56,482 nucleotides of DNA from a virus (Duplodnaviria; Caudoviricetes), in the IMG/VR virus record IMGVR_UViG_3300030106_008084, positions 1 to 56,482 of that record, one strand, 5' to 3'. The notes beneath the pieces are model-generated. The model worked only from the letters and a program-made list of their open reading frames with translations. It did not search any database and was not told where the DNA came from. Within the stretch, counting starts at the first letter, position 1, and every line of letters begins with the position of its first letter. This document shows positions 30,697-41,350 of the stretch, piece by piece. Position numbers and translations under genes: made by a program.

Positions 30697-31103
30697 TAGA
30701 AGTGTCGGTTTCCAAATATCGTAGAATTAGTTATCTCTGTAAAAATTAAAGGCAAAAATTCTTCTTTAATAAATTTTAACTGCACACCTCCTTCAACGTA
30801 AAATTGATTTTTTAGTACTTCTTTATTAGCTAAATATAAAATCCACCAATTGTGGATAGTATCATATATATGATACGATACAGTAGTAAGAGGAAGCCGA
30901 CCTTTAACAGTATGTAAATCGAAAAAATTACTATTTATGTTTTCAGGAAGTTCTATTTTGTTTAATATATTATAAAAATAAAACTGCTTACCGTTAGTAG
31001 GCTGTGTATATACTTTAAATATATTTTCATATCTATCAAATTTAGCACCTGATAGGTTTGTTACTTCTGTACGATATTGTCCTAATTTTCCTGTTAAACT
31101 CAT
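30696..31103 (-). CDS. gp53: Baseplate wedge gp53-like (LysM-like)
   Basis: LTTVSYHIYDTIHNWWILYLAN. Confidence 0.75.
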   Translation of the reverse strand: MSLTGKLGQYRTEVTNLSGAKFDRYENIFKVYTQPTNGKQFYFYNILNKIELPENINSNFFDLHTVKGRLPLTTVSYHIYDTIHNWWILYLANKEVLKNQFYVEGGVQLKFIKEEFLPLIFTEITNSTIFGNRHF

Positions 31104-32032
31104 GACGACATATTGGCCTTTTCCAAAAAGTTTGAAGGTTCAAGTGTAAGTGACTGAAATGACATAGATATTGCGTAGGCTTCCGGAACTATTCGTTTAT
31201 CTATCTCTCTTCGAGCACCTATTAAGTTTACTGCTAAGTTAGCAAGTCCTGCCCATTTTATAAATCTTAATCCAGGTATATCTATTTCATATATACGTGG
31301 AAACGAAATCTCAATTGCTGTGTTTCTAGTCGGTCTAGCTTCTTCTATAATGGTCTTTATTAATTTTTGATTTCTCTCTACATCTTCTTTTTCAACAGTA
31401 TTAGCTAATACAAAATTAATTTCTACAGCAGCATCTGTATTAGCGTATTGAAAAAACTTAGGAGTTTCAATATATGTTCCTGGAAAATTAGCTGGATCAC
31501 CTGGTGCTGGTACTTTAAATTGATATCCACCAGGACCCTTATTAGATATTTTACCTAAAAAATCATTTAAGCCTATTTTATCAGCTCCTACTGCAGTAGC
31601 ATTAGCCGCTTTTTGTGTTAACGTTTTAAGCGCTTCTGATTGTGTTTGAGACGCTAATGCAGATCCCCCAACTGCTATTTCTTCAAATATACCACCTCCG
31701 GCATCTAATAAAGGTTGCCCTAAAAATTGAGCCCCCCTTTGTGAAATTTGCGAGAATGTATCAGCATAATTATTTGCAAACGATCTAAAATTATCTTCGA
31801 AATATGGAAAAACATATCTTGTTCTTGATTCTTGATCAACCTTATATAAGTTCTCATAAAAACTCATTGGATCTTCACTCTCTTGGTTGAAAATATTAGT
31901 ATAACCGGAAACAAAAGATCTTAGCTGACTCTCTTGCATTTTATAAGAAGTAACAATAGCTGTAGGAGCCTCACTACGTAAGGGGGAGTTTTTTGGAACT
32001 GAGGTCCAAGAGTATTCTCCTATTATATCCAT
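31100..32032 (-). CDS. Baseplate tail-tube cap (gp48-like)
   Basis: INFVLAN..FPRIYEIDIPG..LANLAVN..VPEAYAISMSFQSL; position between tape measure and gp53. Confidence 0.55.
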   Translation of the reverse strand: MDIIGEYSWTSVPKNSPLRSEAPTAIVTSYKMQESQLRSFVSGYTNIFNQESEDPMSFYENLYKVDQESRTRYVFPYFEDNFRSFANNYADTFSQISQRGAQFLGQPLLDAGGGIFEEIAVGGSALASQTQSEALKTLTQKAANATAVGADKIGLNDFLGKISNKGPGGYQFKVPAPGDPANFPGTYIETPKFFQYANTDAAVEINFVLANTVEKEDVERNQKLIKTIIEEARPTRNTAIEISFPRIYEIDIPGLRFIKWAGLANLAVNLIGARREIDKRIVPEAYAISMSFQSLTLEPSNFLEKANMSS

Positions 32033-32051
32033 ATAAATATTTATACTACAA

Positions 32052-33677
32052 CTATGTAATGAGTGAGTTAGGAGTTACACTATATGGAGAATCTAAATAA
32101 CTTATACGGCTGTCTTTTTTAGGTATTCCACCGGTACCTGGGTTTAAATTAGGTGCTACAGTATTTTGATTATTAGGACGACTCTGTGTAGTTGTGCCTT
32201 GACCAGGTGGTATAATTGTTGGACCCATTCCAGCTCTAGTGTTCTTTTCTATTTGTTGTAGAGTCTTATCTGATTTTCTTAATATATCAGTTATATCAGA
32301 GTCACCTTGTATATTATAATCTGTGTACTTTGAAAGAGGAGTAGCTTTAGCAGCAGTTTTAGCTAAATTTTTAGCTTCTATCTCTTCTCTCTTCTGTTTC
32401 ATTTTCTTAAATATTTGACCAGCAGCTAAAAACGGTAACGCTGGAGCAGCTAGAGGTGTAGCAAGCATTGACCCCATCATAGCTTTACCTATCTTAGATA
32501 ATGCGTTATCTTTTCTTCCAGCATTAGGTAACTCACCTGCTATCACAGAATCTGTCTTAGCAAGTTTAAACATACCCTTTCTACCCTGTACAAGTAAACC
32601 TCCATCTGGACCTATTATACCATCTTCAACTTCTTCTGCTTCTTTAGCTCTCTTTATATCTCTTGCAAGTAAACCAACATCTATACCAACTGATGCTGCA
32701 GTACCTACACCCGGTACCGTTGAGGCTGCTCCAGAAGCTACTTCTAATCCAGCACCTGCCCAGTCGCCTTTAGCTGCACGAGCTATTCCAAAACCTATAC
32801 CGGCTAACAAACCTATAACAGGTATCTTTTTAATAGCTGCTTTACTACCGGCTTTAGCTGCTATTTTACTTGCTGATTTACCTCCTTGTTTAGCTGCGGT
32901 TTCAGCAGCAGTTGCTGCTACTTTACCACCAGTTTTAGCAGCTGCTTTACCTATACCTAGAAACGTTGCTATCCCCTTTACTACTTTAACAATAGGAGAA
33001 AATATAGCTTTAGCTAGCCCTTTTAGTGCATCTAACATAGCACCAAGAGGATTAAGTAAAGCTTTTAATCCAAATTTTACAGCACCTTTTACGCCTTTAA
33101 TTGCCAGCTTTAAAGCTGCTAATGGAGCTGCTAATAGACCTCTTATAGCTAATTTAAAAAGACCTGGAAATTTGTCCCATAGTTCACCAAGTTTAGCTTT
33201 TATCGTTTCCCATAATTGTCCTAGCCAACCTTTGAACATTTCCCACAACTCTCCTATTTTATCTTTAAAGAGGTTATAACCTAATGTTAAAAGAGCTATA
33301 GCTCCTAAAATTTTTCCTAACGTACTAACTGTCTTCTTAACTGATGTTTTTCTTTCTTCAGCACCTTTCGCATCCTCTGTTACTCTTTCAGCTATCTTAG
33401 TTTTACCTTTTTCATCAGCAGGTTTACTATACATCCACGGGTACATTTTTTCCATAATACCTTGGATAATTTTAGTTTCATTTACAATTCTTGATCTCTC
33501 TACTGAGGTAACAGTAGCAGTAGGCTTTTTTGGTTTTGCAAAACCAGGTAAAGCAGTACCCGGAGACGGTATTACATCTCTACGAAATTTATTTTTAGCA
33601 AGCTTTTCATCTTCAAGCTCCCCTGAATCTTTTTCTCTTTGTGCAACAAGTCTAGCTATGTTATCTTCTAACGCCAC
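32052..33677 (-). CDS. Tape measure / baseplate hub (gp29-like)
   Basis: Ala/Gly/Lys-rich helical protein, KKIPVIGLLAGIGFGI..GDWAGAGLE; GTG start after TAAATA-N5. Confidence 0.7.
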   Translation of the reverse strand: MALEDNIARLVAQREKDSGELEDEKLAKNKFRRDVIPSPGTALPGFAKPKKPTATVTSVERSRIVNETKIIQGIMEKMYPWMYSKPADEKGKTKIAERVTEDAKGAEERKTSVKKTVSTLGKILGAIALLTLGYNLFKDKIGELWEMFKGWLGQLWETIKAKLGELWDKFPGLFKLAIRGLLAAPLAALKLAIKGVKGAVKFGLKALLNPLGAMLDALKGLAKAIFSPIVKVVKGIATFLGIGKAAAKTGGKVAATAAETAAKQGGKSASKIAAKAGSKAAIKKIPVIGLLAGIGFGIARAAKGDWAGAGLEVASGAASTVPGVGTAASVGIDVGLLARDIKRAKEAEEVEDGIIGPDGGLLVQGRKGMFKLAKTDSVIAGELPNAGRKDNALSKIGKAMMGSMLATPLAAPALPFLAAGQIFKKMKQKREEIEAKNLAKTAAKATPLSKYTDYNIQGDSDITDILRKSDKTLQQIEKNTRAGMGPTIIPPGQGTTTQSRPNNQNTVAPNLNPGTGGIPKKDSRISYLDSPYSVTPNSLIT

Positions 33678-33685
33678 ATAGATAT

Positions 33686-34426
33686 TTAATCTATATCACT
33701 TGTATCGAAAAACGTAGCATCTATAGAAATTAAAACTTCATCAACAGTTAAAATATCATTAAGATATTCATTTATTTTTTCTATATAATTAGAGATCTCT
33801 GAATACATTGATAAAGGAAGCTGTTCAATTAATTTGATTCTTTCATTTATTTTAATTTTATCAAATTCAATTACATCTTCTTCAATAGTTAAGCTATCAA
33901 TATACTTTAAAATTTCTAACATGTATAGCATGCCAACACTTTCTTTTGTTGAGTTTTCATCTACTACAATATCTTGCTCGCCCTTAGTTAAAATGCTATT
34001 TTCTTCTAGTAGCGTAGGTACCTTTAATCCTACCTTTAAAGACTTTAAGCTTACTTCATGTTTGTCTTTAATTTTAAAGGGGGTCTTTTTAATGTTTTCG
34101 ATTATCTTATCTAAGTCAACAACTTTATCGTCTTGCTTAACCTTATTACCTAATGATTGTTTTCTAAGATGAATAACAAACGGAAACTTATCATACAGCT
34201 TTAAATCTTTATTGTCAGTATTATCTAAAATAATTTTATTCAGAGTTTTGTTAAAATTTAACAACCCTTTAACTCCATCTAAAGTAGATGCAATTAAGTC
34301 TTTTTGCTGCTTAAGTGTAAGAGGAGTAGTATTAATCTCTTTTTTTATAGAAGGAATATAAACCTTTATCTTTTCATCATTTATTTCTTCTAGCTTTTCT
34401 AAAAATCCTGAAACACTTTTATTCAT
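33686..34426 (-). CDS. Baseplate hub assembly protein (gp26-like)
   Basis: IPSIKKEI..PLTLKQQKDL..DKFPFVIHLRKQSLG..LKVPTL. Confidence 0.65.
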   Translation of the reverse strand: MNKSVSGFLEKLEEINDEKIKVYIPSIKKEINTTPLTLKQQKDLIASTLDGVKGLLNFNKTLNKIILDNTDNKDLKLYDKFPFVIHLRKQSLGNKVKQDDKVVDLDKIIENIKKTPFKIKDKHEVSLKSLKVGLKVPTLLEENSILTKGEQDIVVDENSTKESVGMLYMLEILKYIDSLTIEEDVIEFDKIKINERIKLIEQLPLSMYSEISNYIEKINEYLNDILTVDEVLISIDATFFDTSDID

Positions 34427-34454
34427 GAATATATTTAATTGAAGGTTTTAATAA

Positions 34455-35237
34455 TCAAGATTGGTTTGAGTTGCTCTGTTGTTCAATTTCACTCTTATAC
34501 ATTTCAAAGTAATCATTTAACTCTACATATGTACAGTTAAGTAAAAAATTAACATCATTAAATCTCTTAGACAGTATAAACAATAAATCCCTATAACCTT
34601 TTACATCAACGCAATTGAATAAAGATACAATAAAATGTATTAATCCTGGTTCTAATAAGTTAAATTTTATAGGCTGTATTTGCAAATTCTTTCTTTCATC
34701 TAAAAGAGTGATATCAAAAAAATTCCTATTATCCATTAAAAAGGCATCGATGTGTGAATACAGCTCTTTAGGCAATCTTTCAATAACTTTAAAGTATTCA
34801 TCTTCAGACAACTTACCTAAATTCAATTCCTCGCCTTCGATTTTAATCTTAGTTATCATTGATAGAAGAAAATCATCATCACCAATATTAAAATTTAATG
34901 GATAGTCTAAAGTATAATCAACTTTATCAATTGTAACCGTTCTTGTTAAGTTATTAATGCCTCCTATATTCTTAATTAAAAACTCTAAGCTAATTCCTAC
35001 GTCTCCTTTATCTGACCCTATAACAATGTTATCACCTATGCATTGTAATCTTAGATAGAATAATGAATGTATTTTTTCTATTATGTTTAATCCTTTAGTT
35101 AAGATAAATGACTCTAAAAAATTCAATCGACCGCTTATTGATGCTTCTTCATATAAGTTAAAAGTGCGTAGGTCTTTGAAAAATATCTCTTTCAAGCGTA
35201 CCTCTTTACCGTTTGGTAAAATATGAGATATATACAT
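34455..35237 (-). CDS. Second gp26-like hub assembly protein
   Basis: LPNGKEVRLKE..LFYLRLQCIGD..LDYP, same layout as the neighbouring gp26-like gene. Confidence 0.5.
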   Translation of the reverse strand: MYISHILPNGKEVRLKEIFFKDLRTFNLYEEASISGRLNFLESFILTKGLNIIEKIHSLFYLRLQCIGDNIVIGSDKGDVGISLEFLIKNIGGINNLTRTVTIDKVDYTLDYPLNFNIGDDDFLLSMITKIKIEGEELNLGKLSEDEYFKVIERLPKELYSHIDAFLMDNRNFFDITLLDERKNLQIQPIKFNLLEPGLIHFIVSLFNCVDVKGYRDLLFILSKRFNDVNFLLNCTYVELNDYFEMYKSEIEQQSNSNQS

Positions 35238-35272
35238 ACTATTAATTATAACATTTATAAGGTAGAGCCACT

Positions 35273-35950
35273 TTAGAATTGAGGAGTAAAACTACCTGCG
35301 CCGAAAGAACCTGCAAATCCAGGACTGCTTTCATATCCTTCTTCTGGTACATAATCCCTAAATGAGAAAGTAACTGTTTTTTCTGTAAAGGGTGCGTCGG
35401 GGTCTTGTGTGACAGTAAAACCTTCTACGTTTGTCGGAAATGCTTCAATAAATTTATAACCTTTCCGTTTATTACCTTGGTTGTCATACTGTTGAACTAA
35501 AATATCTGCTCTTAAACCAAAGTTAACTAATCCATCTACACTTAATGCTACACTCCATGGAGTAAAAAGATTATGAACGATATCATCTATGGTCTCTATA
35601 AAATTAATAGCTAATGTTCTAGTTAAGAAACTCTCTCTTTGTTGTAACCCATACCCAGGCATAAATCCACCTCTATTATTTTGACCTGCTTCTAAAAATG
35701 TAGATTGCTCGTTTGGTATGGTAACCTGTCGTGCAGCTAAAAGATTCTTATCTGCACCACCTCCACTTGAAAAAGGCGGACCTACTGCCCATGTCTTTTG
35801 ACTTTGTAACTTAGCAGTAGCATTATTAATAGCGCCAGTTAACTCTCCTATATTAACAAATTGAACTGACCAAAGAAAGGGAAGTGAAAGATAATAACTT
35901 CCGTCTTCAGCAAATGAGTCTAAAAATTCTCCTGTAGGTACTATAGGCAC
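35273..35950 (-). CDS. Baseplate tail-tube initiator (gp54-like)
   Basis: Tube-fold motifs VTIPNE, LAINFIET, YKFIEAFPTNV, TVTFSFR; follows gp19. Confidence 0.65.
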   Translation of the reverse strand: MPIVPTGEFLDSFAEDGSYYLSLPFLWSVQFVNIGELTGAINNATAKLQSQKTWAVGPPFSSGGGADKNLLAARQVTIPNEQSTFLEAGQNNRGGFMPGYGLQQRESFLTRTLAINFIETIDDIVHNLFTPWSVALSVDGLVNFGLRADILVQQYDNQGNKRKGYKFIEAFPTNVEGFTVTQDPDAPFTEKTVTFSFRDYVPEEGYESSPGFAGSFGAGSFTPQF

Positions 35951-35977
35951 TACTAATATTTAGTAGTAAAACTTGCT

Positions 35978-36517
35978 TTAACTAAAGTCTTCGTAGTAAT
36001 GATATGAGAAAGTTACGGGAAATGTAACTACTTCACCGGTACCATCTGCTATGGCATAACTCATATCTCCTATCTCTCTTATAGATGCCCCGATAAGAGT
36101 AATTTGCTTTGTTACATTAAGATCTTTTGTTAGTAGGCTTAAAACTATACGGTCTTGTGGCCCGGGCATACCGTATTGACCTGAACTAGTCTGGTCATCA
36201 AATACTGCTCTAGAAGCTTGCTCAAGTTTATCTCTTATATCATTATTTGCATCTGCATAAAACTCTACTGAATAAGCTGCTGAATTATTATAAGTTGCTC
36301 TTCCTGGAACATTAAAAGTTAACCCCATATAATTAACTTCCTTATTATCAATCGTTCTACCAGGTAATGAAGCCGTCCTAGCATAAATTAAATCATCCTG
36401 ACCTTGTAGATCTACGCTAGTTGAACCTAAAGTGATTTCTTGAATCCTAAAGAGAAAATCTCTTGAGAATTGTTTATCAGCTGCGGCTGCAAAAAAGTTT
36501 TGAATTGTCGTTGCCAT
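35978..36517 (-). CDS. gp19: Tail tube protein gp19
   Basis: ARTASLPGRTI..VNYMG..VPGRATY..FPVTFSYHYY; directly after the sheath gene. Confidence 0.88.
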   Translation of the reverse strand: MATTIQNFFAAAADKQFSRDFLFRIQEITLGSTSVDLQGQDDLIYARTASLPGRTIDNKEVNYMGLTFNVPGRATYNNSAAYSVEFYADANNDIRDKLEQASRAVFDDQTSSGQYGMPGPQDRIVLSLLTKDLNVTKQITLIGASIREIGDMSYAIADGTGEVVTFPVTFSYHYYEDFS

Positions 36518-36528
36518 ATAATTATTTA

Positions 36529-38955
36529 TTAACTAACTGCTGAACCCTCGTATAAAAGACCAGGTCCGTCAACTATTTCTTGGAAATTAGCATCTGTTCT
36601 AGTCGCGTAGAAGGTAATTAAGATAAACTCTGCAGTTCTGACCGGCTTCAGGTAAATGTCAACCCTAAGCTTATTTTCATCAATAACTTGCGGAGTATTG
36701 TTTCTTTCATCGCATACAATCAAGTAGTCATAAACTCCTTGGTTTTGTTTAGCCCTCTCAAAAATCGGTGTTAAGACGTTAACTAGTCTCGTTCTAGTGA
36801 ACTCTGTATTAGGTTCAAATACGAAGAACTGAGCTGCTTTCTTAGTAGGTCTTTCTAATGCTAAGAACAACCTTCTAACATTAATTCTATCGAATGCACT
36901 TGGTTTCTTCTGTAAGGTCTTCTGTCCAAATATAACATTACCCTGTGATGGGAAGAATGCTACTGGGTTAATAGCTGACTTATACAACTCATCTCTTTGC
37001 TTCTGATTCGGATTAATTGCAATATCAGTTGCAGTTGTAAGTAAACCTCTGTTAAATCCTGCTGGCGCAAACCATGGGAACGTTGCAGCGTCACTCTTAG
37101 CCATAGTAGCTGCAGCATATCCTGAGAACGGAACCCATACAAGCTCACCTAATCCCTGGTCATATGTTTGTGCCCAGTTACCATATACTGTAGCATAAGA
37201 AGTGTTCTGTGAAGAGAACTGATGCTTCATTGGCCAGAATACATCCGTTGAGAAGTTTCTAGTCTTATCATCTAATATTCTTGTATTACCATTTCCAATA
37301 GCTACGATCTGTCTAAATGTATCAGCAATAAATATTGCATCTCCTCTTGTTCCTCCAAGATATGGTGGCTTAACAAACGTTTCAAACTTATCAAAGATAG
37401 TATTATAATTACTTCTAAGAGTTAAGCCGCCTCCTGCTAAGTTGCCCGAAGTTCTTAGTGCTTTAACTGCTGTTGCAGTTGTGCCACCGTAGTAGAATTC
37501 ATCATAATATAATGGAGCTCCACCGGCGATTCCTCTAGATTTAGCCATTGCCCAGATGGTACCTAAACCAGCTTCAGGAATAACATCAATATCGTAAATT
37601 TCATCGTTTTTAATACCGTCTAATGCTCTATCAAGTTTAGTTGGAATATCACCTAGATCTTTATTAGTAACTTTAGTATTAGAATAAGCACCTAGTGGGA
37701 ATAATTTACCAGCATAGCCTAGTTCACTTTCTAGTCTAGTAAACTGTGAACTAGTAGCAAATCCTATAGTGTCAAAATCGTCCCCATTCGGATCTGCTGT
37801 TAGCAGCGCATCGCTTAGTACTCTTATTCTTAACTTCGGATTATTATTATCATTTAAATTATCATCACCAGTGTTACGCTGTGTAATATTTTCGTTTACT
37901 AATACCTTTACATTACGTGATTTAGCATCTTGATTGCCAATAAAGTAATTAAGTTGTCTTCCACCCTTTTGATCATCAATCTTACGGAAAGCATTGACAG
38001 ATCCTACTAATTTATCTTCTAAATTATAGCCAAGCTGAAATGCTTGAGCAGCGTTTTGAGTTCTTCTTAATTTAAATACACCCATGCTTAATACATCAGC
38101 ACTATCTCTACCTTCTAAGTCATAATCTACTAAGTTTTCCATTACCTGTGAAAGACTACCATCAGGACCTGTAGTAGCTTTAGCTGAAAGAGGAAAATCT
38201 AAAGTACTATCATTTAATATAGTATATGCATTTTGTTTAAAAGCAGAAGCGGTAATAGTTGCCGTGCTTCTTAATCCAACAAAATTATTAGCTGGGTTAA
38301 TATCAGCATTATCAATTAGACCTATGTAATAACCTTCGTAATTTTGATTAATTGTACTTGTTGACTTGTTTAATATAACAAGAGGTGAATTACCCATTCT
38401 AGTATTTCTTTGAGCAACTGTACCACTTGTAATTGAACTCTTGTCTAAACCGGAAACATCACCCCATTCAAATAATGTACCATCAACAGCGCTAAGATAT
38501 TGTGCTTCAGTTAATTCTACATGAGTAGGTTGTCCAATAACAATTGTTCCTCCAGAAGCAACAGTACTGTAAGTAGCTGCGAGAGCTTGACCATTAGCTC
38601 CACCATAATCAGATAGAGCTGATCCGGCATAAACTAATGCAGAATATTGTGAACCAAATCCATCACCATTACCAGCTCCATATGGCAATCTACTCGTGTA
38701 GAGATTTGCTGGTGAGTTTAAAACTTCTTTTGCAGTATGGTAAAAGTATCTTTCTGCAGAGTTAGTAGGTGGTCCATAAATTTGATCTAAATCTTGCTGA
38801 GTAGTAATTAATATTACTTCATCATAAGGTCCTTGAGCAGCAAAACCCGTAACATACACATTTGTACCTACGTTCGGTAAAGCTATATTCGAAAGATCCC
38901 ATTCTCTTATTTCAACACCCGGTGAAGCTATCGTTGGAGTAAAGTCTATTGCCAT
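36529..38955 (-). CDS. gp18: Tail sheath protein gp18
   Basis: SPGVEIREWDLS, PWFAPAGFNRG, FGQKTL..SAFDRINVRRLF, FEPN..TR, CDERNNT, KPVRTAEFI. Confidence 0.97.
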   Translation of the reverse strand: MAIDFTPTIASPGVEIREWDLSNIALPNVGTNVYVTGFAAQGPYDEVILITTQQDLDQIYGPPTNSAERYFYHTAKEVLNSPANLYTSRLPYGAGNGDGFGSQYSALVYAGSALSDYGGANGQALAATYSTVASGGTIVIGQPTHVELTEAQYLSAVDGTLFEWGDVSGLDKSSITSGTVAQRNTRMGNSPLVILNKSTSTINQNYEGYYIGLIDNADINPANNFVGLRSTATITASAFKQNAYTILNDSTLDFPLSAKATTGPDGSLSQVMENLVDYDLEGRDSADVLSMGVFKLRRTQNAAQAFQLGYNLEDKLVGSVNAFRKIDDQKGGRQLNYFIGNQDAKSRNVKVLVNENITQRNTGDDNLNDNNNPKLRIRVLSDALLTADPNGDDFDTIGFATSSQFTRLESELGYAGKLFPLGAYSNTKVTNKDLGDIPTKLDRALDGIKNDEIYDIDVIPEAGLGTIWAMAKSRGIAGGAPLYYDEFYYGGTTATAVKALRTSGNLAGGGLTLRSNYNTIFDKFETFVKPPYLGGTRGDAIFIADTFRQIVAIGNGNTRILDDKTRNFSTDVFWPMKHQFSSQNTSYATVYGNWAQTYDQGLGELVWVPFSGYAAATMAKSDAATFPWFAPAGFNRGLLTTATDIAINPNQKQRDELYKSAINPVAFFPSQGNVIFGQKTLQKKPSAFDRINVRRLFLALERPTKKAAQFFVFEPNTEFTRTRLVNVLTPIFERAKQNQGVYDYLIVCDERNNTPQVIDENKLRVDIYLKPVRTAEFILITFYATRTDANFQEIVDGPGLLYEGSAVS

Positions 38956-38987
38956 AAAATTATTTATCCTATCTCAGTAAAAAATAT

Positions 38988-39572
38988 TCAAAAATCGATA
39001 ATTTCTGTATGTAACTGTGAATAAACAAATGTAAATCCAGATTGAATCTCTTCTGGATTTTGATAGTTATATGTAATTGCTTCTAGAGTTGTAGGAAAGG
39101 CCTTTTTATAGGTGAATTTTATCTTATTATTGTTAAATTCGTCTTTACCATATATTGAAAGATCAGTTTGATATTCTGAAAAATCCGGATCTGATGGTAA
39201 TTCTCTTTCATTATAGCGACCTTCGTACTGACTATGAAGTAAATTTAACCATTGATATATAACCCAGTAGTTTCTATACTGATTGTCTATGTTAAATGAA
39301 ACTGTTACTGGAGGATAAGAATTTTTAGAATGAGAAGATACATATAAAGTGCTTCCAGCAAATCTATTTTCTACAGCAGGTACAGTAATCTCTGGTACTG
39401 CAGTGCCAAAAATAGAAAATTGAACGGAGTCGCTAATTAAACTTTTATTATCATCTTCTGCTATCCAAGGCTTGTTTATATTTTTTAACACAGGTGGTAT
39501 ATCAAATACTAAAAGAAACTTATCAGCTCTTGATTTGTTTAAAACTGCCTGTTTTAATTTATTAGTTGCCAT
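38988..39572 (-). CDS. gp3: Tail completion / tube terminator gp3-like
   Basis: VPEITVP..VTVSFNIDNQYRNYWVIYQWL..FTYKKAFPTTL. Confidence 0.7.
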   Translation of the reverse strand: MATNKLKQAVLNKSRADKFLLVFDIPPVLKNINKPWIAEDDNKSLISDSVQFSIFGTAVPEITVPAVENRFAGSTLYVSSHSKNSYPPVTVSFNIDNQYRNYWVIYQWLNLLHSQYEGRYNERELPSDPDFSEYQTDLSIYGKDEFNNNKIKFTYKKAFPTTLEAITYNYQNPEEIQSGFTFVYSQLHTEIIDF

Positions 39573-39584
39573 ATAATATATTTA

Positions 39585-41318
39585 TTAGTTTACCCGCTCA
39601 CCAGTCCAGTTAGGAGGAGGCTTTTCACCTATCATTTGAAAGCCAAATGCTTCAAGCTCGTCTATATCAGAGCTCTGCTCATCGCCCATACCCCATACTA
39701 GAGCATTCATTTGATGATTAGTAGAACCAACAATCTCATCGTCTAGATATATAGATGTTGGATCTTCAAAATATTGTACTCCAAAATCCATTGGTTCAAT
39801 AACTGAAGGCTTACCCATATCATCAACTTCTACTATCTCAAAAAATCTTTCTGTTATTTCTTTTTCCAAAATAAACAAAGCATAGAGCATAGCCATAACT
39901 CTATCATCGTGGAACCCACCTCTAGCTTTCCATGTACCATTAGGATATCTAACAAAGTTTCTTAGCTCTTCTACAGTCTCTTGTTCATTTATATTAACTA
40001 CTCTAACCTCATTCATAAAATATCGCATATTAAGTACGCCTTTATATTTTGTATTTGTGTGAGCTATCATACCTCGCATTACATTTCTTCTATGAGCATT
40101 TTTATTACCATATGATACAAGCTTTTCATATCCTAAATCTTCAGACAGCCTATCTACTACCTGCGCTCCACAATTGTTTCTCTCTATGAGAGCTAAGGGA
40201 GACCCCCAGTTACGTAATAATTTGTATAATCTATTAGTAAACTCTAAAGGTGGGATCTTATTGTTTCTATAGATAGCTACTTGTTTAATATCTTTAATAT
40301 CAGTAATGTCTAAAATTTGTACTACAGAAGAGTCTACTCCTACACCCTCTGATATATCTACTCCTGCTACGTACAGCTTAGCTTCATCAGGCTCTTCCCA
40401 TATCTTATAATGACCTTCATCTAGAATAATCTTAGGTTCAGATACTTTTGACATCATCTCTTCAAATAGCTCGTCATCTAAAGTAGATTCACCTGAATGA
40501 ATAAACTCACATTCAAACTCTTGTAACCAAGCATCCGCAGAACCAATTGCTGTTTTAGTTGCTTGAGCCCAGGCTTGATCTCTACCTGGAATCTCATCCC
40601 ACTTTATCTTATCATGTGCCCATCCATTTTCACCCTCAATTGCTCCATGGTATAATTTATAGAATAAGTTATCAGTGCCGTTTGATGTAGAGCAAACAAA
40701 CACTTTAGATTTTTTTGAAGAAGTAATAATAGGAAAGACAGACTTCCAAAACTCTTCTACTAAATGAGGTTCAATAAAAGCCATCTCATCAATGACTAAA
40801 CAGTTTACAGATTGACCACGAGCAGCTGTACCAGTCGTAGTAGTGATACCTATTCTACTTCCATTCTCTAATGTCATAGAAGTCTTAGCATATTCTTTTA
40901 CTGGTGGTTTAAGCCAGTTAGGTAACTCTTCATATGCCATTCTAACTCTCTGGAATATCTCAATAGCGGTAGCTTCTTTGTTTGCTACTAATAAGATACG
41001 CTGATCATTATTAAAGCATGCTTGCCATAGAATATAGATAGTCATCATTGTAGACTTACCAATCTGTCTTGAAGCTAGTAAACAAAAGAATCTATTATCT
41101 CTCATTTTTCTAAGAGCTCTTTTTTGAGGTTTATATAATTGAATTTTTTCTTTACCTCTATCTAGATTAACAATATGAAAGAAATTCTCTGCAAAATATA
41201 GTATATTACTACTAGCTTTCTTAAGATCTTTTACTTGTTGTTTAGTGTATTCACCTTTCCAATTTACATTGGGTAAGTTTTTATTACCCATATAGAACAT
41301 ATTATCCTTGGCAGCCAC
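39585..41318 (-). CDS. gp17: Terminase large subunit gp17
   Basis: ASRQIGKST Walker A, LVIDEMAF Walker B, STSNG, QEFECEF, GVDISEG, HDDRVMA; GTG start. Confidence 0.97.
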   Translation of the reverse strand: MAAKDNMFYMGNKNLPNVNWKGEYTKQQVKDLKKASSNILYFAENFFHIVNLDRGKEKIQLYKPQKRALRKMRDNRFFCLLASRQIGKSTMMTIYILWQACFNNDQRILLVANKEATAIEIFQRVRMAYEELPNWLKPPVKEYAKTSMTLENGSRIGITTTTGTAARGQSVNCLVIDEMAFIEPHLVEEFWKSVFPIITSSKKSKVFVCSTSNGTDNLFYKLYHGAIEGENGWAHDKIKWDEIPGRDQAWAQATKTAIGSADAWLQEFECEFIHSGESTLDDELFEEMMSKVSEPKIILDEGHYKIWEEPDEAKLYVAGVDISEGVGVDSSVVQILDITDIKDIKQVAIYRNNKIPPLEFTNRLYKLLRNWGSPLALIERNNCGAQVVDRLSEDLGYEKLVSYGNKNAHRRNVMRGMIAHTNTKYKGVLNMRYFMNEVRVVNINEQETVEELRNFVRYPNGTWKARGGFHDDRVMAMLYALFILEKEITERFFEIVEVDDMGKPSVIEPMDFGVQYFEDPTSIYLDDEIVGSTNHQMNALVWGMGDEQSSDIDELEAFGFQMIGEKPPPNWTGERVN

Positions 41319-41323
41319 GGAAA

Positions 41324-41345
41324 TATTTATCTAAGAGCATAAATA
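41324..41345. promoter_or_regulatory. Back-to-back T4-type late promoters (TAAATA on both strands)
   Basis: Minus-strand TAAATA at 41329-41324 is 5 nt before GTG 41318; plus-strand TAAATA at 41340-41345 is 5 nt before ATG 41351. Confidence 0.75.
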
Positions 41346-41350
41346 ATTAC

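Noticed and set aside
39585-41318. Intein or intron in terminase
   Set aside because: Length and motif spacing are ordinary for gp17, and no splicing or homing-endonuclease motifs are visible.
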